A program made the position numbers and the translations under genes. A stretch of 64,000 bases of DNA from Octopus bimaculoides (taxonomy: Eukaryota): NCBI RefSeq assembly GCF_001194135.2, contig NC_069001.1, forward strand, positions 31,061,971-31,125,970. The letters are read 5' to 3'. The notes under the pieces were generated by a model. It had not been told where the DNA came from. It did not search any database and was given only the letters and a program-made list of their open reading frames with translations. This document shows, in pieces, positions 23,307-36,289 of the stretch (position 1 is its first letter; every line of letters begins with the position of its first letter).

Positions 23307-24510
23307 CGTGTGTGTGGGTGTATATTTTCCATTGTTCCCTCTCTCTCTCAGCTCCTTACAACTCTACTTTCTCGTCTCCTCCTACCACTCTTTCTCTCAA
23401 TCTCTCTTCCTCCCTCTCTCTCTCTAGTATGGTTATAGTATTTTACTCCACAACTATTCCATTACAATATATTTAACTTATTTTCATTCTTATTATTTAC
23501 ATCTTTATCTTTCCACTTTGACATTGAATTGTGTTTTCATTGTGTTGTTTTTTCTTGTTTTTTGGGGGTTTCTTTTTGTATTTTTCCGCAGTATTTTATC
23601 TTGTTCATTTTTCTTTAATGTTTTTGATTATTCTATTGCGCTTTTTAAAATTTTTTATTTGTGTTTATTCTTTATTTTCTTGTTGCGCTTCTTTTGTAGG
23701 TTTGTTGGGCTTTTTTGAGTGGGGGTGTGAAGTCGGGGGTGTATGTCTTTTATTAAACGGACTCTAAAATCTAATAAATGATTGCTCGAAAATAACGTAA
23801 AAGTAAGAAATTAAAGCGAAATAAATTTCAAAAAATATAAAAATAGAAGAAAACTCATAAATAAATAAAAAATAATCATTATATAGACAGAAATAATAAT
23901 AATAATAATGATTATGACGGTTATGATGATTTTGATGAAGATGGTGGTGTTGTTAGTGGTGGTGTTGATGATGATGATGATGATGATGACGTTGGTGATG
24001 ATGGTAACAGTAATGACAAAAATGTTGATGATAATGATAATGTTAAAGATGATAATGAGGAACAGAATATTGTGGGGGAGAAGGGGAGGAGGAGGAGGAG
24101 GAGGAATAAGATGATCACACTGATGCAAAAATTCACAGCAGTAGCAGCAGCAGCAGCAGTGGTAGTAGTAGTAGTAGTAGTAGTAGTAGTAAAATGATAA
24201 CAATAATAAAAAACAACGGTAGTAGTAGTAGTAATAATAATGATAATAATAGTATTAATCCTAATATTGTAATACTCGTTTCTTTCGAAGTAAGGTTTCA
24301 CAATTTAAGCTGAATGGAAGCTGGACAATAAAAAAGAATAAAACATAAATCTAGTAATCTTTTGTCTGGTTTTCGTTTTGTTTAGTATTTTGTCCGGCAT
24401 TCCTTTTGTGAGTCTTCATTTACATATATATATATATATCTGTGTGTGCTCGCATCAGTGTTTGTGTATGTCTGTGTATGTGTATATATATATATATATA
24501 NNNNNNNNNN

Positions 24511-24548
<38 letters not shown>

Positions 24549-24827
24549 GTATAGGTATATATTCATACATTTTTAAGTATACGTATTCATATAAATGTAT
24601 AAACGTATATATAACTTCATATACATGTATATAAATATATATTCGTATCTATACATGTTTATACATGCCCTTGTACATATATATATATATGTATATTTAC
24701 ACATACATATGAATATATATAATGTATGCATTTACATACACACACGTATATGTATAAATATGTATGTATGTATATATATATATATATACTGTATATAGTT
24801 GTATATTTATGATGTCTGTGTGCGTGA

Positions 24828-24877
<50 letters not shown>

Positions 24878-25267
24878 NNNNNNNNNNNNNNNNNNNNNNN
24901 NNNNNNNNNNNNNNNNNNNNNNNNNNNNNNNNNNNNNNNNNNNNNNNNNNNNNNNNNNNNNNNNNNNNNNNNNNNNNNNNNNNNNNNNNNNNNNNNNNNN
25001 NNNNNNNNNNNNNNNNNNNNNNNNNNNNNNNNNNNNNNNNNNNNNNNNNNNNNNNNNNNNNNNNNNNNNNNNNNNNNNNNNNNNNNNNNNNNNNNNNNNN
25101 NNNNNNNNNNNNNNNNNNNNNNNNNNNNNNNNNNNNNNNNNNNNNNNNNNNNNNNNNNNNNNNNNNNNNNNNNNNNNNNNNNNNNNNNNNNNNNNNNNNN
25201 NNNNNNNNNNNNNNNNATACATTTATATGTGTGTCTATGTATGTATGCATGTAAGTATATATATATA

Positions 25268-25304
<37 letters not shown>

Positions 25305-25909
25305 GTATAAAGACACTGATATACATGGGGAGAGTCGGTGTAATATGTTTACATTTTTATCTTTTGTCCTTTTTGTTTTTGTTTCTGTTGTTATTTTGTC
25401 GTTTATAGTTTTGTTGTTGCTGTTTTGGTCTTTATTGTTGTTGTGTTTTATTATTTATTGTTGTTTACATTTGTTGCCATTTTGACTTTAATCAATAACT
25501 CTTCTTTACCGAATCAATTTTTAACCTATTATTTCGTGGGTTGGCTACAGATATTGGTAGTTGACGAAATATAGAAAGATGTATAAATGTTTCAACGAAA
25601 ACAAAAAGAAAAAAAAGAATTGAATGAAATACACATACAATGAAAACAAATAGATGGCAAAAAAAAAAGAGAGAATTGAAGAGAGAAAAGGAAAGAAAAA
25701 ATGAAAGAAAAGAAGGAAAGCAAATACAAATAACGAAAAATGAATGAAAGGAAACAAAAAGAGGAAACCGCAAGAAAGAGAGAAAAGGGAAAAAAAGAAA
25801 GAAACAAAGAATCGGAGAAGGAAACACTCTAGGAAAAGAACCAGCGAAAAAAAGAATTGAATGAGTGAAAGAGAGACTTGTTACCGTGCCGGAAAAAAAT
25901 GTTGAGTGG

Positions 25910-26080
25910 CATTTTATCCGTCTTCACCTTCTGCGTTCGAATTCCGCTGTGGGTGACGTTACCTTTCATCCTTTAGGAATCGATAAAATAAGTACCAACG
26001 GGGTGCTGGATGTCTATGTAATCAACTTGATCCCTCCCCGAGATCGCTGCCCTTGTCCCAACATTTGAAACCATTATTAT
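25910..26080 (+). mobile_element. SINE family A copy, degenerate
   Basis: gcgttcgaattccgctg...acctttcatcctttaggaatcgataaaataagtacc...gctgcccttgtcccaacatttgaaaccattatt. Confidence 0.75.
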
Positions 26081-26149
26081 CATTGTTATTATTATTATGA
26101 TTATTATCATTATTATTATTCCTTCGTCACATAGTGTAGGTAAAAATGC

Positions 26150-27230
26150 ACCGGAGTCTTTAGTCATATGTCAAGTCAAACAAGGACCTCAGATAATACT
26201 TTCCTTAAGGTGTGCGCTGTGTCCAACAAGGCTGCTTTTTGCAAGACATCAACCTTGCATGGAATTTCCAGTTGCATGGAATAGGGTTCGAAGAGCTTCT
26301 GTCGAAAACTCCTCCGATGACAGACAGTTGATAAAAACTGATACAAGACTTACCTAGAACTTTAAAAAATACCCTAAAGATATTGGGCCTTTTAGGCCTA
26401 AGCCGGATAAAAATACTTTAAGAAGGCCCTTCATTAATGATAATGCGTCAGACGAGGCAGCTGAATCAGCCGACCCTCTCAAAATCCGAAATAAGGGACC
26501 TTCTTCCACTTTATTTCTCTGCTAAACATGGTCGTTTTCAGAGTGGGGTGTGCGAATGTTCGTGGCATCGGGTCAGCTTGAAAATTAGTCACTTGTTAAA
26601 CGACCACACATCGCTCGATATAGATGTGGCTACAATTTGCAAGACAGGGATGACTAATGCGCAAGCAATATTGCCCATTGACTATGAGATAATCTCATCA
26701 TGTGGTATGTCGGGAGCGGGTGGTGGGATAGCAGTGCTATTCCGAAATCCTTAGATCTCGAAGTCCACCATCATCTTGGTAGTCCTAGATGTGAATGGTA
26801 GCGAATGTGGCACCCTTAGATTAGTAGTTGTGTATGCTCCGATGGGCTGGAAGGCAAATAATTCTTCAGGCATCTAGAAACATTATTACGCGGCTCCGAG
26901 CAAATGTGTGCGGCTTTTCAGTAGCACTCTGCGCAGCTGTTTGGAGAGGGCGACAGGTTAACGACGGTACAGCTCGTACCTGGACGGCTTGCTACGGCTG
27001 TCGACAGCTGATGCGAGGATATGTGAAAGGCCGATAACAGCCGATGAAATCTGGGAGGTAAGGAGCGATTGAACATGTTGCAGATCGCTCGGTTTGGATG
27101 GTCAGCAAAGGAGCTGACTTTTTCCCGCGCTGCTGTTATGACTCCTGTCCGAGCCGCCTCATCAGCCACTTCTTCTGTTCTTCATATTTAAAGAGAACGT
27201 GGGAATAATTATTGATATAATACCATACGT
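26150..27230 (+). mobile_element. Tx1/L1-clade LINE remnant (ORF1 end, APE start, RT N-terminal piece), internally deleted
   Basis: ATG at 26528: MVVFRVGCANVRGI; then DIDVATICKT...GGGIAVLFRN; LVVLDV...LRLVVVYAP; near 27010 ICERPITADEIWE...RSLGLDG (PIT..EI...SPGLDG motif). Confidence 0.75.
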
Positions 27231-27954
27231 AATTTTACTGTTAAACGCAATGGCAGTTTTTCCTCTTTTATGTTCTTTCCTGTACACGCGACCGAGATCG
27301 TTGATATATTGTCTATGATGTTTTCGTTGTTATTGTTGTTCTTATTGATTATGATGATGGTGGTATTGGTGATACGGCTGGTGGGGCTTTTATTTCAGTA
27401 AGTAGTCGTTCAGATAGGCACGATAATGAAGCTGCTGTTCGTTTTGTTAATAATGCTCTTCTTCTCCTCAATGTTTCTTGAAGTGTTACTGAAATTTAGA
27501 TTTTGCAGCTGGTAACGATGTGATATCCGTGAATGTGTCTACAGTATTGTGTAGCTCTATATATATATAACAGGAACGTGTCGCGTAGGTAGGCAAAATA
27601 GCCAGTGAACAAAATAGGTCGAAAGCAACATCTTCCTATCATGGCAAAATATGCACCCAATTCTATGAAATTATGAAGATTAGTTTGATTACTATGCGCA
27701 AAATGTTTAATTTTTCTGTAGATTAAGTAGGCATAATTCGTCCCTGCTTTTCAATCTCAGCATTTCAGCTATGCATAGTCCTGCTGTAGTACAGATGCTG
27801 CGTACATTCCTACAACAACATTTTCTTTACGTGCTATGAAGGCAGAGTTAAATCTCCCGTCAATTCAGTAGTGCGCCTGTGTTTCGATTATTATTTCTTT
27901 ACTACATAAAGGTCGCCAACAGCCTACCCTGAGTAATTACTGACGGCACGTGAC

Positions 27955-27993
<39 letters not shown>

Positions 27994-28009
27994 AATATAT
28001 AACAGTATA

Positions 28010-28119
28010 ATATATTAAGAGATGAGTAATTATGTACATTATTTACATTATTTACATTTGACGGATATTTGTCATCTTGTTTGTTGTTAACACAACGTTT
28101 CGGCTGATATACACTTCGA

Positions 28120-28150
<31 letters not shown>

Positions 28151-28213
28151 CGGGTCACTGTCACTCCATGGAATCGCACTCGGAATCTTGGGGTTAGTAG
28201 CCCACGCTCTTAA
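28010..28213 (-). mobile_element. SINE family D copy (tRNA-like head, internal AAT repeat, internal deletion)
   Basis: Reverse complement: TTAAGAGCGTGGGCTACTAACCCCAAGATTCCGAGTGCGATTCC..(AAT)n..TATATCAGCCGAAACGTTGTGTTAAC; mirrors 28226-28426. Confidence 0.8.
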
Positions 28214-28225
28214 GGACTATCCCAC

Positions 28226-28426
28226 GGGCATATGACATAGTGGTTAAGAGTGCGGGCTACTAACCCCAAGATTCTGAGTTCGATTCCAAGCAGTGACTCG
28301 AATAATAATAATAACTATAATAATAATAATTATTATTATTATTATAATACCTTAGGAATGAGAACACAGGTTCGAAATTTCCCCAAGACACCTAATGAAA
28401 GCTGGAGGGTATAACAGCCGAAACGT
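28226..28426 (+). mobile_element. SINE family D copy with a degenerate hammerhead-like motif
   Basis: A-box-like TGACATAGTGG, B-box GAGTTCGATTCC, (AAT)n, then GACAC-CTAATGA-AA-GCTG-GAGGGTATAA-CAGC-C-GAAACGT. Confidence 0.8.
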
Positions 28427-28485
28427 ATATATATACATATATGCGTATATGTATATACGCATACATACGAATATACGTATATATA

Positions 28486-28546
<61 letters not shown>

Positions 28547-28821
28547 NNNNNNNNNNNNNNNNNNNNNNNNNNNNNNNNNNNNNNNNNNNNNNNNNNNNNN
28601 NNNNNNNNNNNNNNNNNNNNNNNNNNNNNNNNNNNNNNNNNNNNNNNNNNNNNNNNNNNNNNNNNNNNNNNNNNNNNNNNNNNNNNNNNNNNNNNNNNNT
28701 CTCATATCAGTTATGTTTGTATATATACGTATATGTTTGTATATATACGTATATGTTTGTATATATGCGTATATGTATATATATATATATATGTATATAT
28801 ATATACTTATATATATGCTCT

Positions 28822-28877
28822 TTTACTCTTTTACTCTTTTATTTGTTTCAGTCATTTGACTGCGGCCATGCTGGAGC

Positions 28878-28878
<1 letters not shown>
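28822..28878 (-). mobile_element. SINE family B extreme 3' tail
   Basis: ttttactcttttactcttttatttgtttcagtcatttgactgcggccatgctggagc. Confidence 0.85.
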
Positions 28879-28933
<55 letters not shown>

Positions 28934-29205
28934 GTATAAATTCACTCAGACAGAGGGACAGCGACGTTAACATATTTGCTCAAGTTAATGTACATTTATA
29001 CAAACACAACACACATAGCTGGGTAGCGTAACATAAATATATGTTACGATATTTATTGGTTTCCCGTCTATCATTCGACATTAGCTGTCATTAGATGGCG
29101 GAACTCAACTAAACCAATGGCGGGTGTTAAATCAACCAGAAAATAGTAACGCCAACAACAACGACAACAACAGAAGTAGCAGCAGTAGTAGTGGCACCAG
29201 CTGAG

Positions 29206-29245
<40 letters not shown>

Positions 29246-29334
29246 CATCAACATCGCCCTCAACACCACCAGCAGCCTCATTAAATAGTAACGTCAACTA
29301 CAAGGGAATCGGTGGTGGTGGTAGTAGTAGTAGC

Positions 29335-29383
<49 letters not shown>

Positions 29384-29854
29384 CCACCACCAACATCGTC
29401 CTCATCTCCACCATCGCCAGTCCTAGCAGCAACGGCAGAAAAGCAGGAGCGAACGGCTGCAAACGAAACTGCAGCTACAAGACGATGCTATCGTTGGAAA
29501 CAGTGATATTATACGTACAAATATCGCCAACACCACCAGCACCAGCAGCAGCAGCAGCAACAGCAGCAACAGCCGCACCTGTAGAAGCCACATTAGATTT
29601 CTTCTGCTATCAGAAAATAGAGATTTCTAGCAATAAAAAGAAAAGGTACGATCGGAAAGTCTTTTTCTTACGATCTCTGACCGGAGGGGAGGAATTTTTC
29701 GCAGTAGTGTTGGTGGTGGTGGTAGTGGTGGTGGTAGTGGTGGTGGTGGTGGTGGTGGTGGTGATTAGTAGTAGTAGTCGTTTCCTTAGCCCAAGGCTCA
29801 TTCGTCATGTTTCCCGAATTTTGCGTAACGCCGGTGCATCGCAGAAATAGTCAC

Positions 29855-29928
29855 AGCCCGATTCAGGAATCGAAACCACAGTCTTGCGATCATGAGTTCA
29901 ACGCACTAACCACTGAAATACACGCCTC
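29855..29928 (-). mobile_element. SINE family F tRNA-like head
   Basis: caggaatcgaaaccacagtcttgcgatcatgagttcaacgcactaaccactgaaatacacgcctc. Confidence 0.75.
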
Positions 29929-29969
29929 AACATACACATATATGTATGTACACATATATAATTCTCCTT

Positions 29970-30435
29970 TTCGGCTTAACATTGCTCAGAAAGGATATAA
30001 ACACAGATTCGACCCTGTAGCATAAGTATTGCGCTAAGACATTTTACGACGAAGGGGATTTGAAGTAAGCAGAAACTGGTTCAGCGTCAACCGGAGAGTG
30101 TGATAGAGAAGGATCAGTGGGACTTTGCTGTACAGTCTGACTATGAGATTTAAGCAAGTCGACCAGATATTATCATACTGGACGAGGTGTAAAAAGAGTG
30201 TATCGTCATAGATATGGATGTGTCTGCTGGTATGAATGTAGCGATTAAAGAACAGGAAGAAATAGGAAGACGTTTAGATTTAGCAAGGGAAATGCAAACA
30301 CTGTGAAGGATTTCTACAAAAATAATGTTAGTTGTTTATAGGCGTCCAAGGAAACTTTTACTAACAGACTTGTTTGATTCCTTAATGAGATCGATGTAAC
30401 TACGAGATTTCCAGTAATACAGAAATCTGCTCTAT
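29970..30435 (+). mobile_element. R4/Dong-like LINE 3' remnant (post-CCHC region plus RLE domain), decayed
   Basis: AQKGYKHRFDPVA*VLR*DI...GFEVSRNWF..QPESVIEK..WDFAVQSDYEI*ASRPDIIILD...ECIVIDMDVS..MNVAIKEQEE...DLAREMQTL*...IQKSAL. Confidence 0.85.
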
Positions 30436-31188
30436 TCTGTTTTTATTGTTTCCCATCCTCTCGCAAAAATTTAAGTAATATCTCCTATGTTTTGCTAATT
30501 CGAATTCAAGACACAATGCTTCCATTTTCAGCAAGTTTTTAATCTTGCTTTATTACTTTTCACAGTCTGGTGTAAATCTAAACGCGAGATCTGGTGCATT
30601 CAAATTATTTTAGGCAACTGTTAATATTGCAACAGTAACATTATGTGCAAGCAACAAGCCTTAGCACGGTCGAAGGGAAAGAAATCCGTTTAGAAGAAAA
30701 TACGTTTGGCCTCTCCCTAAAGATGTCTCTAGAAACAAAGTCATTGAATTATAGTTACAAAGACCGTTCGACCACGAATCAACGATGAGAGAAAACAAAA
30801 GCTAAATAGTTATGAAAGCATTGCAAGTAGTTGACAATTGAAATCTAATTGGCCATGCGAGTTTCACTTCTGTAAGTAGGGCTTCTGGCATCCCCTAAAC
30901 GAAGAATGTATCTGCAGAAAATTCCCTCCAACTTGAATTGCAGCCGTTTAAAATTCGCTCACTACAATGAATCACACGCGAATGTAACAAACATTGTTTA
31001 ATGTTTTGACGAATGAATCATGAATAAACAAAATTTGCTTAATGAGATTTTTCTTGGATATGCGAATCCCACTTTTCTCTTAGAGGATTGGTTAATTGCT
31101 ATAATTTCGTCATTTAATTTATGAAACATTAAATTAAGTGTTCCTACTCCTTATCTTTTAATCTTTTATTAATATTTTACTCGTTGTG

Positions 31189-31420
31189 ATGGCAGTAAAT
31201 TGGCAGAAACGTTAGCACGCCGGGTGAAATGCTTAGCGGTATTTCGTCTGTCTTTACGTTCTGAGTTCAAATTCTGCCGAGGTCGACTTTGTCTTTCATC
31301 CTTTCGGGGTCGATTAAATAAGTAGCAGTTACACACTGGGGTCAATGTAATCGACTTAATCCCTTTGTCTGTCCTTGTTTGTCTCCTCTATGTTTAGGCC
31401 CCTGTGAGCAATAAAGAAAT
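31189..31420 (+). mobile_element. SINE family A full-length variant with an alternative 3' end
   Basis: Complete head and central block; ends cttaatccctttgtctgtccttgtttgtctcctctatgtttaggcccctgtgagcaataaagaaat instead of the usual tail (a similar end lies at about 3060-3120). Confidence 0.9.
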
Positions 31421-32556
31421 ATATAGTTGAACCTCATTCTGGAATCTTCTTCGAAACACTTTAGAGTGCATTTCTGTATTTACTCCTTCAATAAACTTAC
31501 ACTTCTTCTGTATCATCAATTCGTTATTCCCCAAGACTGTCTTTCATTATACTAACTATTTCTTCTACAATGCTTATAATGCAATAATTCTAAATATTGA
31601 ATGATCCTGTCTCTTTGTTGGCTTTTGTAATTAATTATTGACAAAACTCTGTTGCGAATATAAGTCTGTGTGTGCATACTTATGGCTGTGTGTGCATACT
31701 TGGGTGAGAGTATCTACATGCGTGTATATAAATACGTACGAACTACGCACCAACAAGTATATGTGGGTGTGGAAAACAATGATGGAAAACTTAGCGACGT
31801 ACAGGGTTACTGACATATTGAATTATTATCCATATATCACCCTTTCCACTCCCTTGGTAATATTTCAAAACATCTTAGTTTTCACTTTTGTTATTAATAT
31901 TATTATTATTTTTGTTGTTATCATTATCATCATCATTATTTGTTTTTGCCTTTCTCTTCATATTATTTTCGTCAATTTCTAGAATGAGAAAAGACAATGA
32001 CGTGTGTGTCGTCTGTTGTTTTAATACCGGATCAACTACGCGTTCAAAATAATTTTAGATATGAAACCACATCCTCTCTCACCGCTCAGCCAAAACTAAG
32101 ACACCACGTGACACATACACATACATACGTACGTATACACATACTTTTATGATATGCTGTTGAGACAATTTTTGTGTTATTAAGATCATTGACTTATACT
32201 TCATATTAGATTTTTTTTCTTCAATTCACAGACGATTCTTTGTATTTATAGAAACTTCTACAAATTGTTGTCGTTGTGTATGGGATATTTTTAAATCTCT
32301 AATAAGAACGACGTAAAAGAATGCAGATATTTTAGGATAAGAAAATGTAAAACCAAAAGAAAAGAAAAGGAAAAATTGTTGCAAATCTTCATCAGTGTGT
32401 AAAATCAATGAGATTAAAAAAATTTGAGATAATAAAACGATAGAATATTGATATATAAATCAGAATGTCAAAAGTTTCTTTGCAACTTTGTCGTGACTGA
32501 GAAGAAAACCAAAACAAAACACACAGATGTATGAAAATAAGTAATGTCGACAATAA

Positions 32557-32592
<36 letters not shown>

Positions 32593-33239
32593 NNNNNNNN
32601 NNNNNNNNNNNNNNNNNNNNNNNNNNNNNNNNNNNNNNNNNNNNNNNNNNNNNNNNNNNNNNNNNNNNNNNNNNNNNNNNNNNNNNNNNNNNNNNNNNNN
32701 NNNNNNNNNNNNNNNNNNNNNNNNNNNNNNNNNNNNNNNNNNNNNNNNNNNNNNNNNNNNNNNNNNNNNNNNNNNNNNNNNNNNNNNNNNNNNNNNNNNN
32801 NNNNNNNNNNNNNNNNNNNNNNNNNNNNNNNNNNNNNNNNNNNNNNNNNNNNNNNNNNNNNNNNNNNNNNNNNNNNNNNNNNNNNNNNNNNNNNNNNNNN
32901 NNNNNNNNNNNNNNNNNNNNNNNNNNNNNNNNNNNNNNNNNNNNNNNNNNNNNNNNNNNNNNNNNNNNNNNNNNNNNNNNNNNNNNNNNNNNNNNNNNNN
33001 NNNNNNNNNNNNNNNNNNNNNNNNNNNNNNNNNNNNNNNNNNNNNNNNNNNNNNNNNNNNNNNNNNNNNNNNNNNNNNNNNNNNNNNNNNNNNNNNNNNN
33101 NNNNNNNNNNNNNNNNNNNNNNNNNNNNNNNNNNNNNNNNNNNNNNNNNNNNNNNNNNNNNNNNNNNNNNNNCCAGTACTAAAATGTTTATAAAATTGTT
33201 TTAGCATTTTCTACCTTGACTTTTTTTCCATATATATAT

Positions 33240-33294
33240 GCACCAGCATGACCGCAGCCACTTGGCTGAAACACATAAATAAATAAATAAATAA

Positions 33295-33338
<44 letters not shown>

Positions 33339-33462
33339 TTATTCGTTTATTTTTTTACTTGTTCCTGTAATTTGACTGTGGCCATGTTGGAGCACTACCT
33401 TTGGGGTGCTAGTCGAAAAAATCGACCGCAAGACTTATTCTTTGAAAGCCTAATATTTATTC
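33240..33462. mobile_element. Two SINE family B tails, tail-to-tail around (TAAA)n/(TA)n (+ 33240-33300; - 33350-33462)
   Basis: gcaccagcatgaccgcagcc..ctgaaaca, and acttgttcctgtaatttgactgtggccatgttggagcac...aatcgaccgcaagacttattctttg. Confidence 0.75.
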
Positions 33463-34996
33463 CATCGCTCTGAAATCAAAATCGGATAGTACCAAAATAA
33501 ACATCAAAATATCCAATACCATTCAGAGTAGGTATTCAAAAGCACATTAACAGCAAGTATGTTCAATTTTAACCAAGTTTAAAAAAGTATATGGAAAGTA
33601 AAATATTGAAAAAAATTGATTTTTCTAATGCGCGACGAGGTTATATAAAATATGATTATTCTCTGATCAAGAAGAGTTCTTTGAAACAAAGGAACGTGTA
33701 GAATAAAATATGTACATTGAACGTCTAAGAAAAAGATAAATGCAGAAAGATAGTGAGACGGAGCCGTGTCATTCTGCGAAAAATTATAAAATTTTAAGAG
33801 CCTTGTGTGATTGTTGTAAAACGCTATAAACAACATGAAGTTAATTTTGCCATCAATCTGGGAATTTCTATAACGACGACACCGGAGATATCCATCAGAA
33901 TTTACTCAATTATTAAAGTGATTTTAAAGAGAAACTTTCACTTGTCAACTGAGTCAGTATATCATCGATCATAATGTCGGCAAAAGTCACACACGCAATG
34001 TGAAAGAAATAAGTTACTTTCGTATTAATTGGCAAAACAACGTAAAATGTAAACTTTGATAAAAAATGTTTTGCATCCTGAATATATATATATAAAGCAA
34101 CAGGCTCCTCTATAGGGATAAAAACATTCAATTTTTCAATGGTTTACTGGTTTAATACCAACATAGCAGGGAATAAAACTTTTCACAGTTCAAATAGGTA
34201 TATATTCAATATAGAAAAATGAAAAGAAATCGGAGATTTACGATTCACATATATTAATTTATTAACATAATATTAGATTATTATTATTATATAATATAAA
34301 ATAATATAATTTAATATAATATAAATATTACAATTCTACAATTGTTTCGTTTCAGACCCAATAACAAATTTATAGAAATTTGTGTTTTTAGATATGAATT
34401 TCATCAAGGAAAAATTTGACAAAAATTACATATGAGAAGTGTTAGATCCTAAAACTGTTCTACGATATGTATATATATGCACAGAAATATATAAACTCAC
34501 CCAGGCAAATATATTCACCTTGTCTACAACTATATATGTATGAATGTATATGCGTGCGTGTATGTATATGTGTACATACGCACATATACACGCATATACT
34601 TTAGCATCTACATATATGATATATATTCGTTAATAAATTTTATATGTATATGTACACATATACGTAGATATATATATTTTATATGAGAACATGGGCAATG
34701 GGTAAAATATTATTATAAAATCTGGTAATTAGTCATATATTAATTAATATCGATTAATTATCAGGAGGCCAGCACATCTAAAGAATCAAAGAGATTCAGA
34801 AATATTATCTGCAATCTCAGGGGATTAAGGTACATTTTTAAAAAATAACGTCGACCACTAACGTGGACAATTAATGCGCTAGAAATAGATCACATCTAGT
34901 GTCTCTCCTGATATTTTATATATGTATACGTGTGTGTGTGTTTCTGTGTAAGTGTGTGTGTACATCTTACCATACACAATATATATAGATGTAAAT

Positions 34997-35045
<49 letters not shown>

Positions 35046-35375
35046 GTATATATATGTATAATAGCATATATAAAATGGTTTACATGAATAATAGCATATA
35101 TAATTGTATAGATAGATACATAGATAGATAGATAGATATTCAATGTATGTTTGAGTTCCTTTGAGAGTTAACGACCTTCTTAAACTGATACTTTCAAAGA
35201 GTAAAAAAACAATTCAGAAAACAGGATATTCTCCTTTTGCCGACACACCTTTTATACACACATATCGTAGTATGTATTTCTTTATTCTGAGCAAACCGTG
35301 CTACGAATTACAGATTATTCCTCAAAATCAGTCTTCCTTGAACGTATTACGTTCAAATCGCAAGTGTTCTAAACA

Positions 35376-35409
<34 letters not shown>

Positions 35410-35936
35410 TCATATTATGTATTTAGGTAATGAGTGACGGAAGATAAAAGATACCAGAATTTTTATTAATCACTGCGATTGTTTCGACACATCTAGCTAG
35501 CATCGTAGGTGTTACGTTTCAAAAGTAAAAGAAAATGGGTTTAAAGGTTCACTATAATAGGTTCAGAAACAAATTTTTATTCCTGAATAGTTAGATTAAA
35601 AAGATCATTTCATAAGCCACTTCCATCTAGGTATAGCTCTGCAAACAATAGTTCTTTGCGCGAACGGGCTTTGGCGCCCAAAGCACGACTGTGATATGAC
35701 ACATCGTTAAATGTGTTTTTCAGGTGGTCTTATTAAGTTAATAAAGACCCGGGCCAATGCTGACCAAAACTAATCTAAGTATCTAAGTATATACATAGAT
35801 GCATATATAATACATATGAACATACACACGCATACACGTACATACTACATATAAATGTGAATTAATTCGATAGATATCCATATATGTACACACACGTACA
35901 CATACAAGCTCACGCACACACACGTACACACACACA

Positions 35937-36289
35937 TTCTTTTATTCTTTTATTCTTTTACTTGTTTCAGTCATTTGACTGTGGCCATGCTGGAGCACCG
36001 CCTTTAGTCGAATCAAATCGACCCCAGGACTTATTCTTTGTAAGCCTAGTACTTATTCTATCGGTCTCTTTTTGCCGAACGGCTATGTTACGGGGACATA
36101 AACACACCAGCATCGGTTGTCAAGCGATGTTGGGGGGGACAAACACAGATACACAACATATACACACATACATACATATATACGACGGGCTTCTTTCAGT
36201 TTCCGTCTACCAAATCCACTCACAAGGCTTTGGTCGGCCCGAGGCTATAGTAAAAGACACTCGCCCAAGGTGCCACGCAGTGGGACTGA
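35937..36289 (-). mobile_element. SINE family B near-full-length copy, head cut by a gap
   Basis: Best-preserved copy: tail, shared module, internal CA/TA tract and CORE-like CCTTGGGCGAGTGTCTT on the minus strand. Confidence 0.9.

Noticed and set aside
29191-29850. 219-aa poly-V/S/A ORF (similar ones at 20135-20668, 21082-21498, 23811-24301)
   Set aside because: Built from (GTA)n/(GCA)n/(GTG)n trinucleotide tracts; no domain signal.
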